A DNA stretch of 63,313 bases, filler included, from Actinomycetota bacterium (GTDB lineage Bacteria; Actinomycetota; CADDZG01; JAHWKV01; JAOPZY01), in NCBI GenBank assembly GCA_025963875.1. It is 4 parts of 4 records of this genome, joined end to end, with 100 filler letters (N's around TTAATTAATTAA, not from the genome) between each part and the next. Parts side by side here need not be neighbours in the genome. Positions count along the whole stretch, not along the records: positions 38,569 to 63,313 come from JAOPZY010000141.1; 3 more parts are not named here. One strand, given 5' to 3'. The notes below the pieces were generated by a model. That model was given only the letters and a program-made list of their open reading frames with translations, had not been told where the DNA came from and ran no database searches. Within the stretch, counting starts at the first letter, position 1. Each line of letters starts with the position of its first letter. This document shows positions 49,775-59,733 of this stretch, in pieces. Position numbers and translations under genes: made by a program.

Positions 49775-50221
49775 CTAGGCCCCCGACTCCACCCGCTTCT
49801 TGAGTCCTCCGAGCGCCCGGGCGACGATCATCTTCACCGCTTGGCGGCGGATGAAGCTGGGGACGGGGAAGCCGGGATCGATCTCGAAGTTGTAGGTCAC
49901 GGTCGTCGCGTCGCTCGCTGAGGCAGCCGGCGACATGATGTAGGAGCCCTTGATCAGCTTCACGTCGCCGCCGGGCTCGCTCTCCCAGGCCAGGCCGCCC
50001 TCGGGATAGGTGTAGGCCAGGACGTAGCGGACGGTTTTGATCTTCGCGTCGAGCTCGAACGAGGCCCGGGAGGGCCGGCCCTGGTCGTCCCGGTCGAGGA
50101 CCGTGGCTTCTTTGAACTCGTCCATCCACTTGGGGAACGAGTCGATGTCGGTCATCACCTGGAAGATCGCTTCGGGTGTGGCCTGTATGTCAATGGACTC
50201 GCTACCTGATTCAGCCGACAT
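49775..50221 (-). CDS. SRPBCC/START family protein
   Basis: IDIQATPE...DIDSFPKW...GSY...LGGLKKRVES. Confidence 0.88.
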   Translation of the reverse strand: MSAESGSESIDIQATPEAIFQVMTDIDSFPKWMDEFKEATVLDRDDQGRPSRASFELDAKIKTVRYVLAYTYPEGGLAWESEPGGDVKLIKGSYIMSPAASASDATTVTYNFEIDPGFPVPSFIRRQAVKMIVARALGGLKKRVESGA

Positions 50222-50268
50222 CGCCTGGGTCCTTTCCGGTGCGCCCGTTTCGCAGTTTGGGGGAGATT

Positions 50269-51042
50269 CTAGAGCGCAAGAGGAACTGCACGTTGCGTGC
50301 GCCGAAAGTACCCGGCATTCATGAGGTGGGTCCGGCCCACGTGGGTGGACGACAGCAGCGGCTGGTGGATGTGCCCGAAGAACACCCGGACCGGCTGGTA
50401 ATCCCGCACGTAGGTGAGCAGACCGGCCGAGCCGCGCTCACGGCGGCGTGCCACCGTGTCGTAGGTCAGCTCCGGGAGATCCGGGGGCACATGCGAACAG
50501 ATAACGTCCACCTCGCCGAGGGCTGCGAGCTTGGCGTCGTACTCCTCCTCGGCGATCTCGCCGGCCACGCCGAGCGGCGTGGGCAGCCCCCCACCGACGA
50601 AGCCGACCCGTAGCCCCTCGATGTCGACCACCTTCCCGTCCGCCAGCACCACGCCGGGTGCGCACTCGGTCAGGACCTCGAGGGCAATCCCCGGGGAGTC
50701 GACGTTGCCGAGGATGAGGTAGGTCCGCCGTGGCAGCACCGCCGCCACCCGGCGGTACGCCTCCCGGGTGAGATCCTGGAAGCGGGCGGCGATCTCCTCC
50801 TCGCGGCCCTCGCGCCGGCGCTGCATGGCCACCCGCGCCTCGTCGAACCGGCGCTGCGCCCGCAGCTCCACCACTTCGGCAACCGCCTGCGACCCGTAGA
50901 CGTCGACGAGAATCCCGTCCATCGCGCCGTAGTCGATGATGTTGATGAGGTCGCCGAGTAGCAGCAAGGTGTCGTCGGGGTGGACCTCGCGGACGAGGGC
51001 CTCCACGCCCGAATGCAGGTCCGAGACCACTTTGACCGCCAC
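50269..51042 (-). CDS. Metallophosphoesterase
   Basis: SDLH, LGDL, GNVD, SHVPP and FGHIHQP. Confidence 0.9.
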   Translation of the reverse strand: MAVKVVSDLHSGVEALVREVHPDDTLLLLGDLINIIDYGAMDGILVDVYGSQAVAEVVELRAQRRFDEARVAMQRRREGREEEIAARFQDLTREAYRRVAAVLPRRTYLILGNVDSPGIALEVLTECAPGVVLADGKVVDIEGLRVGFVGGGLPTPLGVAGEIAEEEYDAKLAALGEVDVICSHVPPDLPELTYDTVARRRERGSAGLLTYVRDYQPVRVFFGHIHQPLLSSTHVGRTHLMNAGYFRRTQRAVPLAL

Positions 51043-51053
51043 GCGTTTACTTT

Positions 51054-51079
51054 ATCCGGCGCCTTGAGGGGCGCCTCGG
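51054..51079 (-). repeat. GGCGCC-hairpin REP-like element, intergenic copy
   Basis: Reverse complement ccgaggcgcccctcaaggcgccggat. Confidence 0.9.
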
Positions 51080-51133
51080 GCACCCTATCCTGAGGCCGCC
51101 GCCCCACCCACCGCAGAGACAAGGAGGCCGAGG

Positions 51134-51958
51134 CTGCCGTCCCCGGTTGTTCGCCCCCTGCTTCATCCCGGGGCTGTCCTGTTCGACTACGGGCACACCC
51201 TGGTCGACTTCCAGAGGCTGCCAGGTGCCCTGGTGGCGGCCTACGGGGACATCCGAGCACGCATCGAGCACCTGGTCGAGCACGAGCTGCCCGAGGCGGA
51301 GGAGTTGGCCCGCCAGGTGACCGGCGCGGTGGACGTGCTCATCACCCAGTCCTACCTCGAGCGCAGGCTCCAGGAGTTCGACATCGTCGAGCTGCTGGCC
51401 GAGGCCTTCGCCGGCATCGGGATCACCCTCGGCCCGGAGGTCGCCGAGGAGATCGTGGCCATCGATCACCGGGCGTTCACGGAATCCGTCACGGTGCCCG
51501 ACTCGACGATCCGGGTGCTGGAGACGCTCCAGGGACGAGGCTGGCGGATGGGCCTGGTCTCGAACATGCACCTGCGGGCGGATCTCATGCACGCCGACCT
51601 GGCGGCCCTCGGGCTGGACCGGTTCCTGTCCGCGACGGTGTTCAGCTCCGAGCTGGGCTGGCGCAAGCCCGACGCACGGATCTTCACTGCCGCGCTGCAG
51701 CGCCTGGGCGTGGGACCCGAAGAGGCGGTGTTCGTGGGCGATCGACTGCGCGACGACATCGCCGGCGCCCGTGCTGTCGGGATGCGGACCGTACTCACCC
51801 GCGAGTTCCGCGACGAGATCGAGGGTCCCGAGCGGGCGGACGCCCGCCGGTTCTGGCGCAGCGGTGAAGACATCGCGGCCCTCCGCGCAGACCGCAGCAT
51901 CCGTGCCCTCGCGGAGCTGCCGGCCGTCCTCGAAGACTGGGGCCGTGATCACGCATGA
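51134..51958 (+). CDS. HAD family hydrolase with probable CTG start
   Basis: Motif I VLFDYGHTL lies upstream of the ORF-track start; LVSN, RKPD and FVGDRLRDDI follow; AAGGAGG lies 6 nt before an in-frame CTG. Confidence 0.85.
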   Translation: MPSPVVRPLLHPGAVLFDYGHTLVDFQRLPGALVAAYGDIRARIEHLVEHELPEAEELARQVTGAVDVLITQSYLERRLQEFDIVELLAEAFAGIGITLGPEVAEEIVAIDHRAFTESVTVPDSTIRVLETLQGRGWRMGLVSNMHLRADLMHADLAALGLDRFLSATVFSSELGWRKPDARIFTAALQRLGVGPEEAVFVGDRLRDDIAGARAVGMRTVLTREFRDEIEGPERADARRFWRSGEDIAALRADRSIRALAELPAVLEDWGRDHA

Positions 51959-52257
51959 CCCAGACGACCAGGGCGGCCGGTTAGGTGCGCTGAATAACCC
52001 GATTGTTGGGCTGGCGGTTCGTCACTGGATGGTCCATGAACGTGGAGTCGTAGCTGAACGCGGAACCCGTCCGTTCCAGGGGAATTACAGTCCGATTTCT
52101 CAAATTCAGGCGCTTCCATCGTCGGATTAAAGTTCTCACATCCGCCCACGCCAAGCGCCCAATCCGCCCAATAATGGTCTCTCGTTTTGGTTCTTTGATG
52201 GGATAGTAGAAGAGCCAAACCGGTCTGAAATTTCCCACTAAACAAGGAGCAAATTGC

Positions 52258-54903
52258 ATGCGGGCGCGCGTACCCCAGTTTCTGACGGCGGGGCTTGTCC
52301 CCCGGGCAACAACCCTCGGGCTGCTTGCCTCATTGATGGCCATCGCCCCCTTCGGAGTCTCGACGCCGGCGGCGCAGGCGGCGACGGGCACCATCACGGA
52401 ATTCAACAACGCCAAGCGGCCGGGCATCATCCAGAACTCGAGCTCCGACCCTCTCGGTCTCACGGTTGGTCCCGACGGCAACCTGTGGTTCACGGATGCG
52501 GGTGAGAACCTGCAGGCAACAGGAGGCGCCGCAGCGCCGCCGAAGCAGATCGGCAGGTTCCACCTCGCCGACGGGTCGCTGTCGTTCAACCCGGCCATCG
52601 ACTGGTTCCCCAACGGCGAGCCCGGCAGCGTCCCGGTCGCCATCGCAAACAGCGGGGACAACAACCTGTGGTTCGCCAACTTCGGCACCGCGGCCAACGA
52701 CGTCGGGGCCATCAATTCCCAGGGCGGCAACCCGCTCGGCGCGGCGAACCCCTTCGGGGTTGGCGTCCTCGCCAGCACCATCACCGACATCACGCTGGGA
52801 CCGGACAACAACATGTGGTTCACGATGTTCGGCTCGGGCAACATCGGCCACATCGGCAGGGACGGCAGCAATTTCACCGCCCTCAAGCTCCCGGGAGGGC
52901 GCAGCGCTGCCCAACCCGTCACCACGACGGTCACGCAGAACCCCCAGGCCATCACCGCGGGCCCTGACGGCAACCTGTGGTTCACCATCCAGCAGTCGAA
53001 GACCATCGGCCGGATGACCCCGGGAGGGACTTTCACCGAGTTCACGCCGCCGACCACCCTCCACGGCCTCGCCGGCATCACCGCCGGTTCCGACGGGAAC
53101 CTCTACGTCACGGCCGAGGGTGACAGCACCGCCAACCCTTCGCAGCCCATGCGCCCCGTCATGAGCGGCAACGGGTCGCTGGCCCGCGTGACGCCGTCCG
53201 GTGTAATCGTCCCCATCCCGGCGCCGGCCGGCGCACCCAGGTTCTCGCCGAACGCCATCGTCAACGGCCCGGACGGCAACCTGTGGTTCACCGACGTCGG
53301 CGACAACTCCATCTGGCGCTTCAACCCGCTCACCGCAGCCTTCACGCCCTTCCCCGTCCCGACTCCTGGCGCCTTCTCCGGCAACGTACAGCCCACCGGC
53401 ATCACGGTCGGCCCCGATGGCAACATCTGGTTCACGGAGAACAACGCAGTGGGGGGCCTCGCCCGCCTGACCATCGATCCGCTCGTGCAGCTCTCCCCCT
53501 CGCCCGCCGGCTTCGGGACCCACCTTCCCGGCTCGACCACCAACGTGGCCGTCGTGGCCTCCAACACCACCAGCAACGCCTACACGATCACGAGCGCCCC
53601 CACGATCACCGGGCCGAACGCGGGTGACTTCACCGTCGTCGGCAACAACTGCAACGCCACGTCGCCGCTCGGGCCGCTTGCCTCCTGCACGATGACCATC
53701 CGGTTCAAGCCAACCGGCACCGGCACGAGGTCGGCGACCCTGACCCTCGGGGTGAACGACAACGCGACCCCCCACACGGCGCTGCTCACCGGCGTGGGTC
53801 AGGCGGCGGTTCCGACCTTCGGCCCCGCCAGCGCCGCCTTCGGCAACTCGTTCGTCCACCAGGTGACGAGACCCGTCAACTTCAGCCTGACCAACGTCAC
53901 CGGCGTGCCGGTGAAGGTGAACTCGGTCACGCTGGGCCAGCCCCACCCGAACGACTTCATCATCGGGAGCGACACCTGCACGGGCGCAACCGTGCCGGAC
54001 TCCAGCAGCTGCACCGTGTCCGTGTCCTTCGCTCCGACCACCGTCGGGCCTCGGTCCTCCAGCCTGACCGTCGTGGCCAACGGGGCTGCCCTGCCGTCCT
54101 CGATCCTGTCCGGCACGGGCGTGGCGGCCCCTCCCGGTAGCAACCCGGGCAACGGGTACTGGGAGGTCGCCTCGGACGGCGGGATCTTCAACTTCGGCAG
54201 CGCCACGTTCCTGGGCTCAACCGGGTCGATCAAGCTGAACAAACCCATCGTGGGCATGGCCCGGACGGCTGACGGCAACGGCTACTGGCTCGTCGCGACC
54301 GACGGTGGCATCTTCGCCTTCGGCAACGCTAAGTTCTTCGGCTCCACCGGGTCGATCCATCTGAACCAGCCGATCGTCGGCATGGCGGCAACGCCCGACG
54401 GCCAGGGCTACTGGCTCGTGGCCTCCGACGGCGGGATCTTCGCCTTCGGCAACGCCAGGTTCTTCGGCTCCACCGGCTCCGTCCACCTCAACAAGCCAAT
54501 CGTGGGTATGGTCGCTGCCCCCGATGGTGAGGGGTACTGGATGGTGGCCACGGACGGCGGCATCTTCTCCTTCGGCACCTCCAAGTTCTTCGGATCGACG
54601 GGGTCGATCCACCTGAACCAGCCGATCGTCGGCATGGCCTCCACGCCCGACGGCCAGGGCTACTGGCTGGCGGCCACCGACGGCGGGATCTTCGCCTTCG
54701 GCACCTCCAAGTTCTTCGGATCGACGGGGTCGATCCATCTGAACCAGCCCGTGGTGGGCATCGCGGCCACGCTGGACGGGGCCGGCTACTGGATGTCCGC
54801 CACCGACGGCGGGATCTTCAACTTCGGCGACGCCAGGTTCTTCGGCTCCACCGGGTCGATCAAGCTCAACAAGCCGATGGTGGGCCTCGCCCCAGCCACC
54901 TAA
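52258..54903 (+). CDS. Secreted surface protein: Vgb-like beta-propeller, two Ig-like domains, six C-terminal GYW-DGG repeats
   Basis: Signal peptide, repeated GPDGNLWFT, Cys-paired Ig-like modules (C...C.V.F.P...G.R) and six ~42-aa GYWxVAxDGGIFxFG..FFGSTG repeats. Confidence 0.9.
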   Translation: MRARVPQFLTAGLVPRATTLGLLASLMAIAPFGVSTPAAQAATGTITEFNNAKRPGIIQNSSSDPLGLTVGPDGNLWFTDAGENLQATGGAAAPPKQIGRFHLADGSLSFNPAIDWFPNGEPGSVPVAIANSGDNNLWFANFGTAANDVGAINSQGGNPLGAANPFGVGVLASTITDITLGPDNNMWFTMFGSGNIGHIGRDGSNFTALKLPGGRSAAQPVTTTVTQNPQAITAGPDGNLWFTIQQSKTIGRMTPGGTFTEFTPPTTLHGLAGITAGSDGNLYVTAEGDSTANPSQPMRPVMSGNGSLARVTPSGVIVPIPAPAGAPRFSPNAIVNGPDGNLWFTDVGDNSIWRFNPLTAAFTPFPVPTPGAFSGNVQPTGITVGPDGNIWFTENNAVGGLARLTIDPLVQLSPSPAGFGTHLPGSTTNVAVVASNTTSNAYTITSAPTITGPNAGDFTVVGNNCNATSPLGPLASCTMTIRFKPTGTGTRSATLTLGVNDNATPHTALLTGVGQAAVPTFGPASAAFGNSFVHQVTRPVNFSLTNVTGVPVKVNSVTLGQPHPNDFIIGSDTCTGATVPDSSSCTVSVSFAPTTVGPRSSSLTVVANGAALPSSILSGTGVAAPPGSNPGNGYWEVASDGGIFNFGSATFLGSTGSIKLNKPIVGMARTADGNGYWLVATDGGIFAFGNAKFFGSTGSIHLNQPIVGMAATPDGQGYWLVASDGGIFAFGNARFFGSTGSVHLNKPIVGMVAAPDGEGYWMVATDGGIFSFGTSKFFGSTGSIHLNQPIVGMASTPDGQGYWLAATDGGIFAFGTSKFFGSTGSIHLNQPVVGIAATLDGAGYWMSATDGGIFNFGDARFFGSTGSIKLNKPMVGLAPAT

Positions 54904-55061
54904 GCGACAGTTCGGCCCACGTCCATCGAACTCCACAAGAACGACTATGTACTTGCTTTCGGGAATCTCGGGAGGTAGAAACGAGGCCTATGGTCCAAGT
55001 CCGGTCGAAATGCGGCCCCTGCTTGGCCGACCGTCCCCTCCGCCGCACAAAGGAGCAGCCC

Positions 55062-56624
55062 ATGCACCGGCATCACCCTGCCAGCACAGGGTTCGTCGCC
55101 CGCACCCTTGCCCTGGTCCTGTTGAGCTCCGGCCTGCTGCTCGCGGCGGCGCCGAGCACGTTCGCAGTCACCATGCCAGCGCTGCCCGCCCAGACCCTGC
55201 CGCCGAGCGTCACGGGCACGACCTTCACCACCCAAACGGTGGGGACCACCAGTCCCACCCAGACGGTCACCTTCACCGCCACCGCCGGGGATGTCGTCAT
55301 GCTTGCGACGCCCACTGTCACCGGAACCAACTCCTCGGACTTCACCCTGTCCTTCCCATCATCTGGTGGGTGCGTGACCGGTACCACCGTTCTCTCGGGA
55401 ACGACCTGTGCCGTGTGGGTCGCCTTCACACCGACCGCAGCCGGAGTCCGGACTGCCACGATGACCGTGACCGACACCGCGAGCGACGCACCCCAACAGG
55501 TGTCACTCAGCGGCACCGGGCAGGTGGTCGCGACCGGCGTCTACCCCGGGGTCCTCAACTTCTACAACCAGGCCATCGGGACCACGAGCACCGTCCGGTC
55601 GGTGGCGCTCGTCAACGGCGGCCCCACGACCATCACCGTGAGCGCGGATGGGATCGTCACCGGCACCGCAGGAACCACCAAACCTGATTTCTCGATTGTG
55701 CCGGGGTCCGATACCTGTACGGGCAAACAGGTGGCCCCGAATGCCGCCTGTACGGTCGGGATCGTCTTCAGCCCGTCGGCGGAGGGCGTCCGCAGCGCGT
55801 TCATCTTCTTCGTCGACAGCGGCACCGGCAGCCCGCACCTGGGATTGCTCACCGGGCGCGGCGTGCACACCGCCGGCTACTGGCTGTCGGCATCCGACGG
55901 CGGGATCTTCACCTTCGGGCCGGGCGCAGCCTTCTTCGGCTCGACGGGGTCGATGACGCTCAACAAGCCGATCGTGGGCATGGCCGGAACACCCGACAGC
56001 GGCGGGTACTGGGAGGTGGCCACCGACGGCGGGATCTTCGCCTTCGGCGATGCCGGCTTCTTCGGCTCAACGGGGTCGATGACGCTCAACAAGCCGATCG
56101 TCGGGATGGCCAGCACGGCCAGCGGCCTGGGCTACTGGATGGTGGCGTCCGACGGTGGCATCTTCGCCTTCGGGGATGCCGGCTTCTTCGGCTCGACGGG
56201 GTCCATCAAGCTCAACAAACCGATCGTCGGGATGGCCCCGACACCCACGGGGCTGGGCTACTGGCTCGTGGCGTCCGACGGCGGCATCTTCGCCTTCGGG
56301 GATGCCGTGTTCCAGGGCTCGACGGGTTCCATCACCCTCAACAAGCCGATCGTCGGGATGGCTGCGACGCCGGGCGGCCAGGGCTACTGGCTCGTGGCGT
56401 CCGACGGCGGCATCTTCGCCTTCAGTGCGCCGTTCTTCGGATCGACGGGGTCCATCAAGCTCAACAAGCCGGTGGTGGGGATCGCCCCCACGCCGACAGG
56501 GTTGGGCTACTGGATGGTGGCGACCGACGGTGGCATCTTCGCCTTCGGGGATGCGCCGTTCTTCGGATCGACGGGGTCCATCACCCTCAACAAGCCGGTG
56601 GTCGGGATGGCGCCGGCCCTGTAG
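55062..56624 (+). CDS. Secreted surface protein: two Ig-like domains and six GYW-DGG repeats
   Basis: AAGGAG RBS, signal peptide, same Ig-like and C-terminal repeat modules, no propeller head. Confidence 0.9.
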   Translation: MHRHHPASTGFVARTLALVLLSSGLLLAAAPSTFAVTMPALPAQTLPPSVTGTTFTTQTVGTTSPTQTVTFTATAGDVVMLATPTVTGTNSSDFTLSFPSSGGCVTGTTVLSGTTCAVWVAFTPTAAGVRTATMTVTDTASDAPQQVSLSGTGQVVATGVYPGVLNFYNQAIGTTSTVRSVALVNGGPTTITVSADGIVTGTAGTTKPDFSIVPGSDTCTGKQVAPNAACTVGIVFSPSAEGVRSAFIFFVDSGTGSPHLGLLTGRGVHTAGYWLSASDGGIFTFGPGAAFFGSTGSMTLNKPIVGMAGTPDSGGYWEVATDGGIFAFGDAGFFGSTGSMTLNKPIVGMASTASGLGYWMVASDGGIFAFGDAGFFGSTGSIKLNKPIVGMAPTPTGLGYWLVASDGGIFAFGDAVFQGSTGSITLNKPIVGMAATPGGQGYWLVASDGGIFAFSAPFFGSTGSIKLNKPVVGIAPTPTGLGYWMVATDGGIFAFGDAPFFGSTGSITLNKPVVGMAPAL

Positions 56625-56643
56625 TCGCCGTGAGCAGGTTCAG

Positions 56644-56671
56644 CCGGGGAGCCCTTCGGGGCTCCCCGGCC
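56644..56671 (+). terminator. GC-rich hairpin after the second surface-protein gene
   Basis: ccggggagccc-ttcg-gggctccccgg. Confidence 0.7.
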
Positions 56672-56687
56672 CGCGTCCAAGGGGCGC

Positions 56688-56737
56688 CGATGTTCGTCCG
56701 CTATCTCGCGTATGTGCGCGAAAGGCGACCAACCTCG
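56688..56737 (-). repeat. TCGCGC-core palindrome family, copy 4
   Basis: Reverse complement begins cgaggttggtcgcctttcgcgcacatacgcgagat, near-identical to 43639-43673. Confidence 0.8.
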
Positions 56738-57137
56738 CACACAGTCCGGGATTAGAGATCTTTCAGGACCGGCTGACAGCCTTGATTCCGGGATCACGCC
56801 GACGTAGAAACGAAGTGGACGGCGCCCCTCATCCGTTCCACGGCTCGATCCGGCTCAACCAACCCATCATCGGGTGACACCGGGGCCATAGATGGTCGTA
56901 GATATGCCCTAGATGTTGCCTAGACAAAATGACCGAACGCCCCGTCCCGAGCCGAGGGTATTTGCGCTAAGTCAATTATCGGTATAGACATGACGGACAA
57001 CTGTCTTTTGACGGGTTCGGTGCGTTTTGTCACCGTGCCAAGCCAGAGAGGTTAATCCAAAGCAGCAGAACGTACACAAAGCGGCAGAAGTTCAAAAAGC
57101 GGTATGCCGATCATTCGCCTGCAAAAGGAGCGTTTGT

Positions 57138-59681
57138 ATGTCTGAATCCGCGCGCCGGTTCCCCCTCTTGGGAGCACTGTCACGCCTCGTGGTCCTCGCA
57201 TTCGTCGCCTCGGCAGTCTTCTTCTGGGTCCCGGGGGCCGGCAAGGCCTTCGCCGCGAACCCCCCGGTCGGCAGCGTGGGCCACATCGACGAGTACAACT
57301 CCGCCCCCACGGCCAGTGAGTCCGTTTCCGACCCGGTCGGCATCGCAGCCGGGACCGGCAACACCCTTATCTTCGTCGACTCGACGAACAGCACGGTGGG
57401 CCGGATCAATACCGACGGCACCGGGATCGTGGCGACCAATACCAACGCCAGCGGAGCATCCCCGCTGGGCATCGCAAAGGGCGCCGACAGCAACTACTAC
57501 TTCACGGAAAGCAACATCAGCGTCGACCAGACGGCACGGTTCAACGTCCCCGGAGGGTCGATCAACGAGTTCAACGTCGTCCCGCCGGGTTCCGTCCCCA
57601 CCGGCATCACCGCCGGGCCGGCGGGCGATGCCAACAGCATGTGGTACACGGAAAACGCCACCTCCAACATCGGGAGGATCCCGACGAGCGCAGCAGGCGG
57701 CGCCACGGGCACAGCCTTCCCAGTGACTTCGGGCGGCGCCCCGCTCGCCATCGTCGCCGGCCCGAACGGCAACATCTGGTTCACCGAGCAGCTTGGCCTC
57801 ACGCCCGGCAGCGGCGGCACGATCGGCGAGATGACCACTGCCGGCACCATCGTCGGCGAGACCCAGGTGAACGCGGTCACGACCACGGTCGGGCTCGATG
57901 GCCTCGCCGTGGGCCCGGACGTCACCGCAAGCAGCACCGCGCTCTGGTTCACTGAGCAGAGCACGGGCGTTGTCGGCAAGATGAACCCCACAACGCACGT
58001 GCCAACCGAGTTCCAGATCACCGGCACTGCCCACCCGACCGCCATCACGGCAGGCCCCGACGGGAACATGTATTTCGTCGACCCAGGCAACAACGCGATC
58101 GGCCAGATCACCCCTGCCGGCTCGTTCGTCGAATTCCCCACGCCGACCACCGGCGTCTTCGGCCCCAACGCAGCGCCGTTCGGTATCACGGCCGGGCCAG
58201 ACGGCAAGATCTGGTTCACCGAGCAGACCGGCGTCGGTGGGGGCAAGGTCGGTAAGCTCACGATCACCGCCGCCGTCGCTCCCCCAACAGTCACCATCGC
58301 CCCCAATCCGCTGAACTTCGGAAACCAGGCCATCGGCACGACCAGTACGGCGATGACGGCGACCGTCACCGCCTCCGGTGGGACGGTGAACGTCACATCG
58401 GTCACCCTCGGCGGCACCAACGCGGCCGATTTCCACCAAACCAATGACTGCACGACGGTCACTACGTTCTGCACCGTCACCGGGACGTTCACGCCCACCG
58501 GGACCGCCACGGGCGCCCGCACGGCCACGGTGTCGTTCGCCGACAACGCCGCGGGGACCCCGCAGACGCTCACCCTGAACGGCACCGTACCGGGCGGGAT
58601 CGCCGGGGTCGTTCCCGCGGTGACGAACTTCTTCAACCACGCCCTGGGCACGACGTCCACGGTCCACACCATCTCCCTGGTCAACGGTGGCACCACGACC
58701 ATGACGGTCAGTTCCTTCAGCATCACCGGCGCCGGCAAGAGCGACTTCCCCGTTGCCCCCGGAACAGACCACTGCACCGGGGCCAGCGTGGCTCCCAGCG
58801 GCTTCTGCACGGTCGGCGTCGTCTTCGCTCCCAGCGTCGAGGGGCTGCGCCAGGCAGCCATCGTGTTCGTCAGCAACGCAGCGTCCGGCTCACAGATGGG
58901 CCTGCTCGTGGGCCGCGGCGTCCACTCCGCCGGCTACTGGCTCGGCGCTGCCGACGGAGGCATCTTCACCTTCGGTTCGGGGGCCGGCTTCTTCGGCTCC
59001 ACCGGCTCCATCAAGCTCAACAAGCCGATCGTGGGCATGGCGGCCACCCCGGACAGCGCCGGGTACTGGTTGGTGGCGTCCGACGGCGGCATCTTCGCCT
59101 TCGGCAATGCCGGCTTCTTCGGTTCCACCGGCTCCATCAAGCTGAACCAGCCCATCGTGGCCATGGCGGCGACACCGACCGGCCTGGGCTACTGGCTCAT
59201 CGCATCCGACGGGGGCGTCTTCGCCTTCGGTGACGCCAAGTTCTTCGGCTCGACCGGCTCGATCAAACTCAACAAGCCGATTGCCGGGGCGGCGGCGACG
59301 CAGGATGGTCAGGGCTACTGGATGGTGGCCACCGATGGGGGCGTGTTCTCCTTCGGTGACGCCACCTTCAAGGGATCGACCGGATCCATCACGCTCAACA
59401 AGCCGATGGTGGCCATGGCCCCGACACCGGACGGCAACGGCTACTGGCTCGTGGCATCCGACGGCGGCATCTTCGCCTTCGGCGCTTCGTTCTTCGGATC
59501 GACGGGCTCGATCAAGCTGAACCAGCCGATCGTCGGGGCAGCGGCGACGCCGACGGGCAATGGCTACTGGCTCGTGGCCACCGACGGCGGCATCTTCGCC
59601 TTCGGCGACGCCCCGTTCTTCGGCTCCACGGGGTCGATCAAGCTCAACAAGCCGATCGTGGCCATGGCACCGGCGCTGTAG
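57138..59681 (+). CDS. Secreted surface protein: Vgb-like beta-propeller, two Ig-like domains, six GYW-DGG repeats
   Basis: AAGGAG RBS, signal peptide (AFA-A), GPxGNIWFTE repeats, Ig-like modules and six C-terminal repeats. Confidence 0.9.
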   Translation: MSESARRFPLLGALSRLVVLAFVASAVFFWVPGAGKAFAANPPVGSVGHIDEYNSAPTASESVSDPVGIAAGTGNTLIFVDSTNSTVGRINTDGTGIVATNTNASGASPLGIAKGADSNYYFTESNISVDQTARFNVPGGSINEFNVVPPGSVPTGITAGPAGDANSMWYTENATSNIGRIPTSAAGGATGTAFPVTSGGAPLAIVAGPNGNIWFTEQLGLTPGSGGTIGEMTTAGTIVGETQVNAVTTTVGLDGLAVGPDVTASSTALWFTEQSTGVVGKMNPTTHVPTEFQITGTAHPTAITAGPDGNMYFVDPGNNAIGQITPAGSFVEFPTPTTGVFGPNAAPFGITAGPDGKIWFTEQTGVGGGKVGKLTITAAVAPPTVTIAPNPLNFGNQAIGTTSTAMTATVTASGGTVNVTSVTLGGTNAADFHQTNDCTTVTTFCTVTGTFTPTGTATGARTATVSFADNAAGTPQTLTLNGTVPGGIAGVVPAVTNFFNHALGTTSTVHTISLVNGGTTTMTVSSFSITGAGKSDFPVAPGTDHCTGASVAPSGFCTVGVVFAPSVEGLRQAAIVFVSNAASGSQMGLLVGRGVHSAGYWLGAADGGIFTFGSGAGFFGSTGSIKLNKPIVGMAATPDSAGYWLVASDGGIFAFGNAGFFGSTGSIKLNQPIVAMAATPTGLGYWLIASDGGVFAFGDAKFFGSTGSIKLNKPIAGAAATQDGQGYWMVATDGGVFSFGDATFKGSTGSITLNKPMVAMAPTPDGNGYWLVASDGGIFAFGASFFGSTGSIKLNQPIVGAAATPTGNGYWLVATDGGIFAFGDAPFFGSTGSIKLNKPIVAMAPAL

Positions 59682-59700
59682 CCAAACGCCGGACCAACGA

Positions 59701-59733
59701 CCGGGGGCCCCTCACGGGGCCCCCGGTTTCTTT
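59701..59733 (+). terminator. Intrinsic terminator
   Basis: ccgggggcccc-tcac-ggggcccccgg followed by tttcttt. Confidence 0.85.

Noticed and set aside
54150..59681. Regularly spaced ~126-bp nucleotide repeats resembling a CRISPR array
   Set aside because: They encode the in-frame GYW-DGG protein repeats with synonymous variation; there are no unique spacers and no cas genes.
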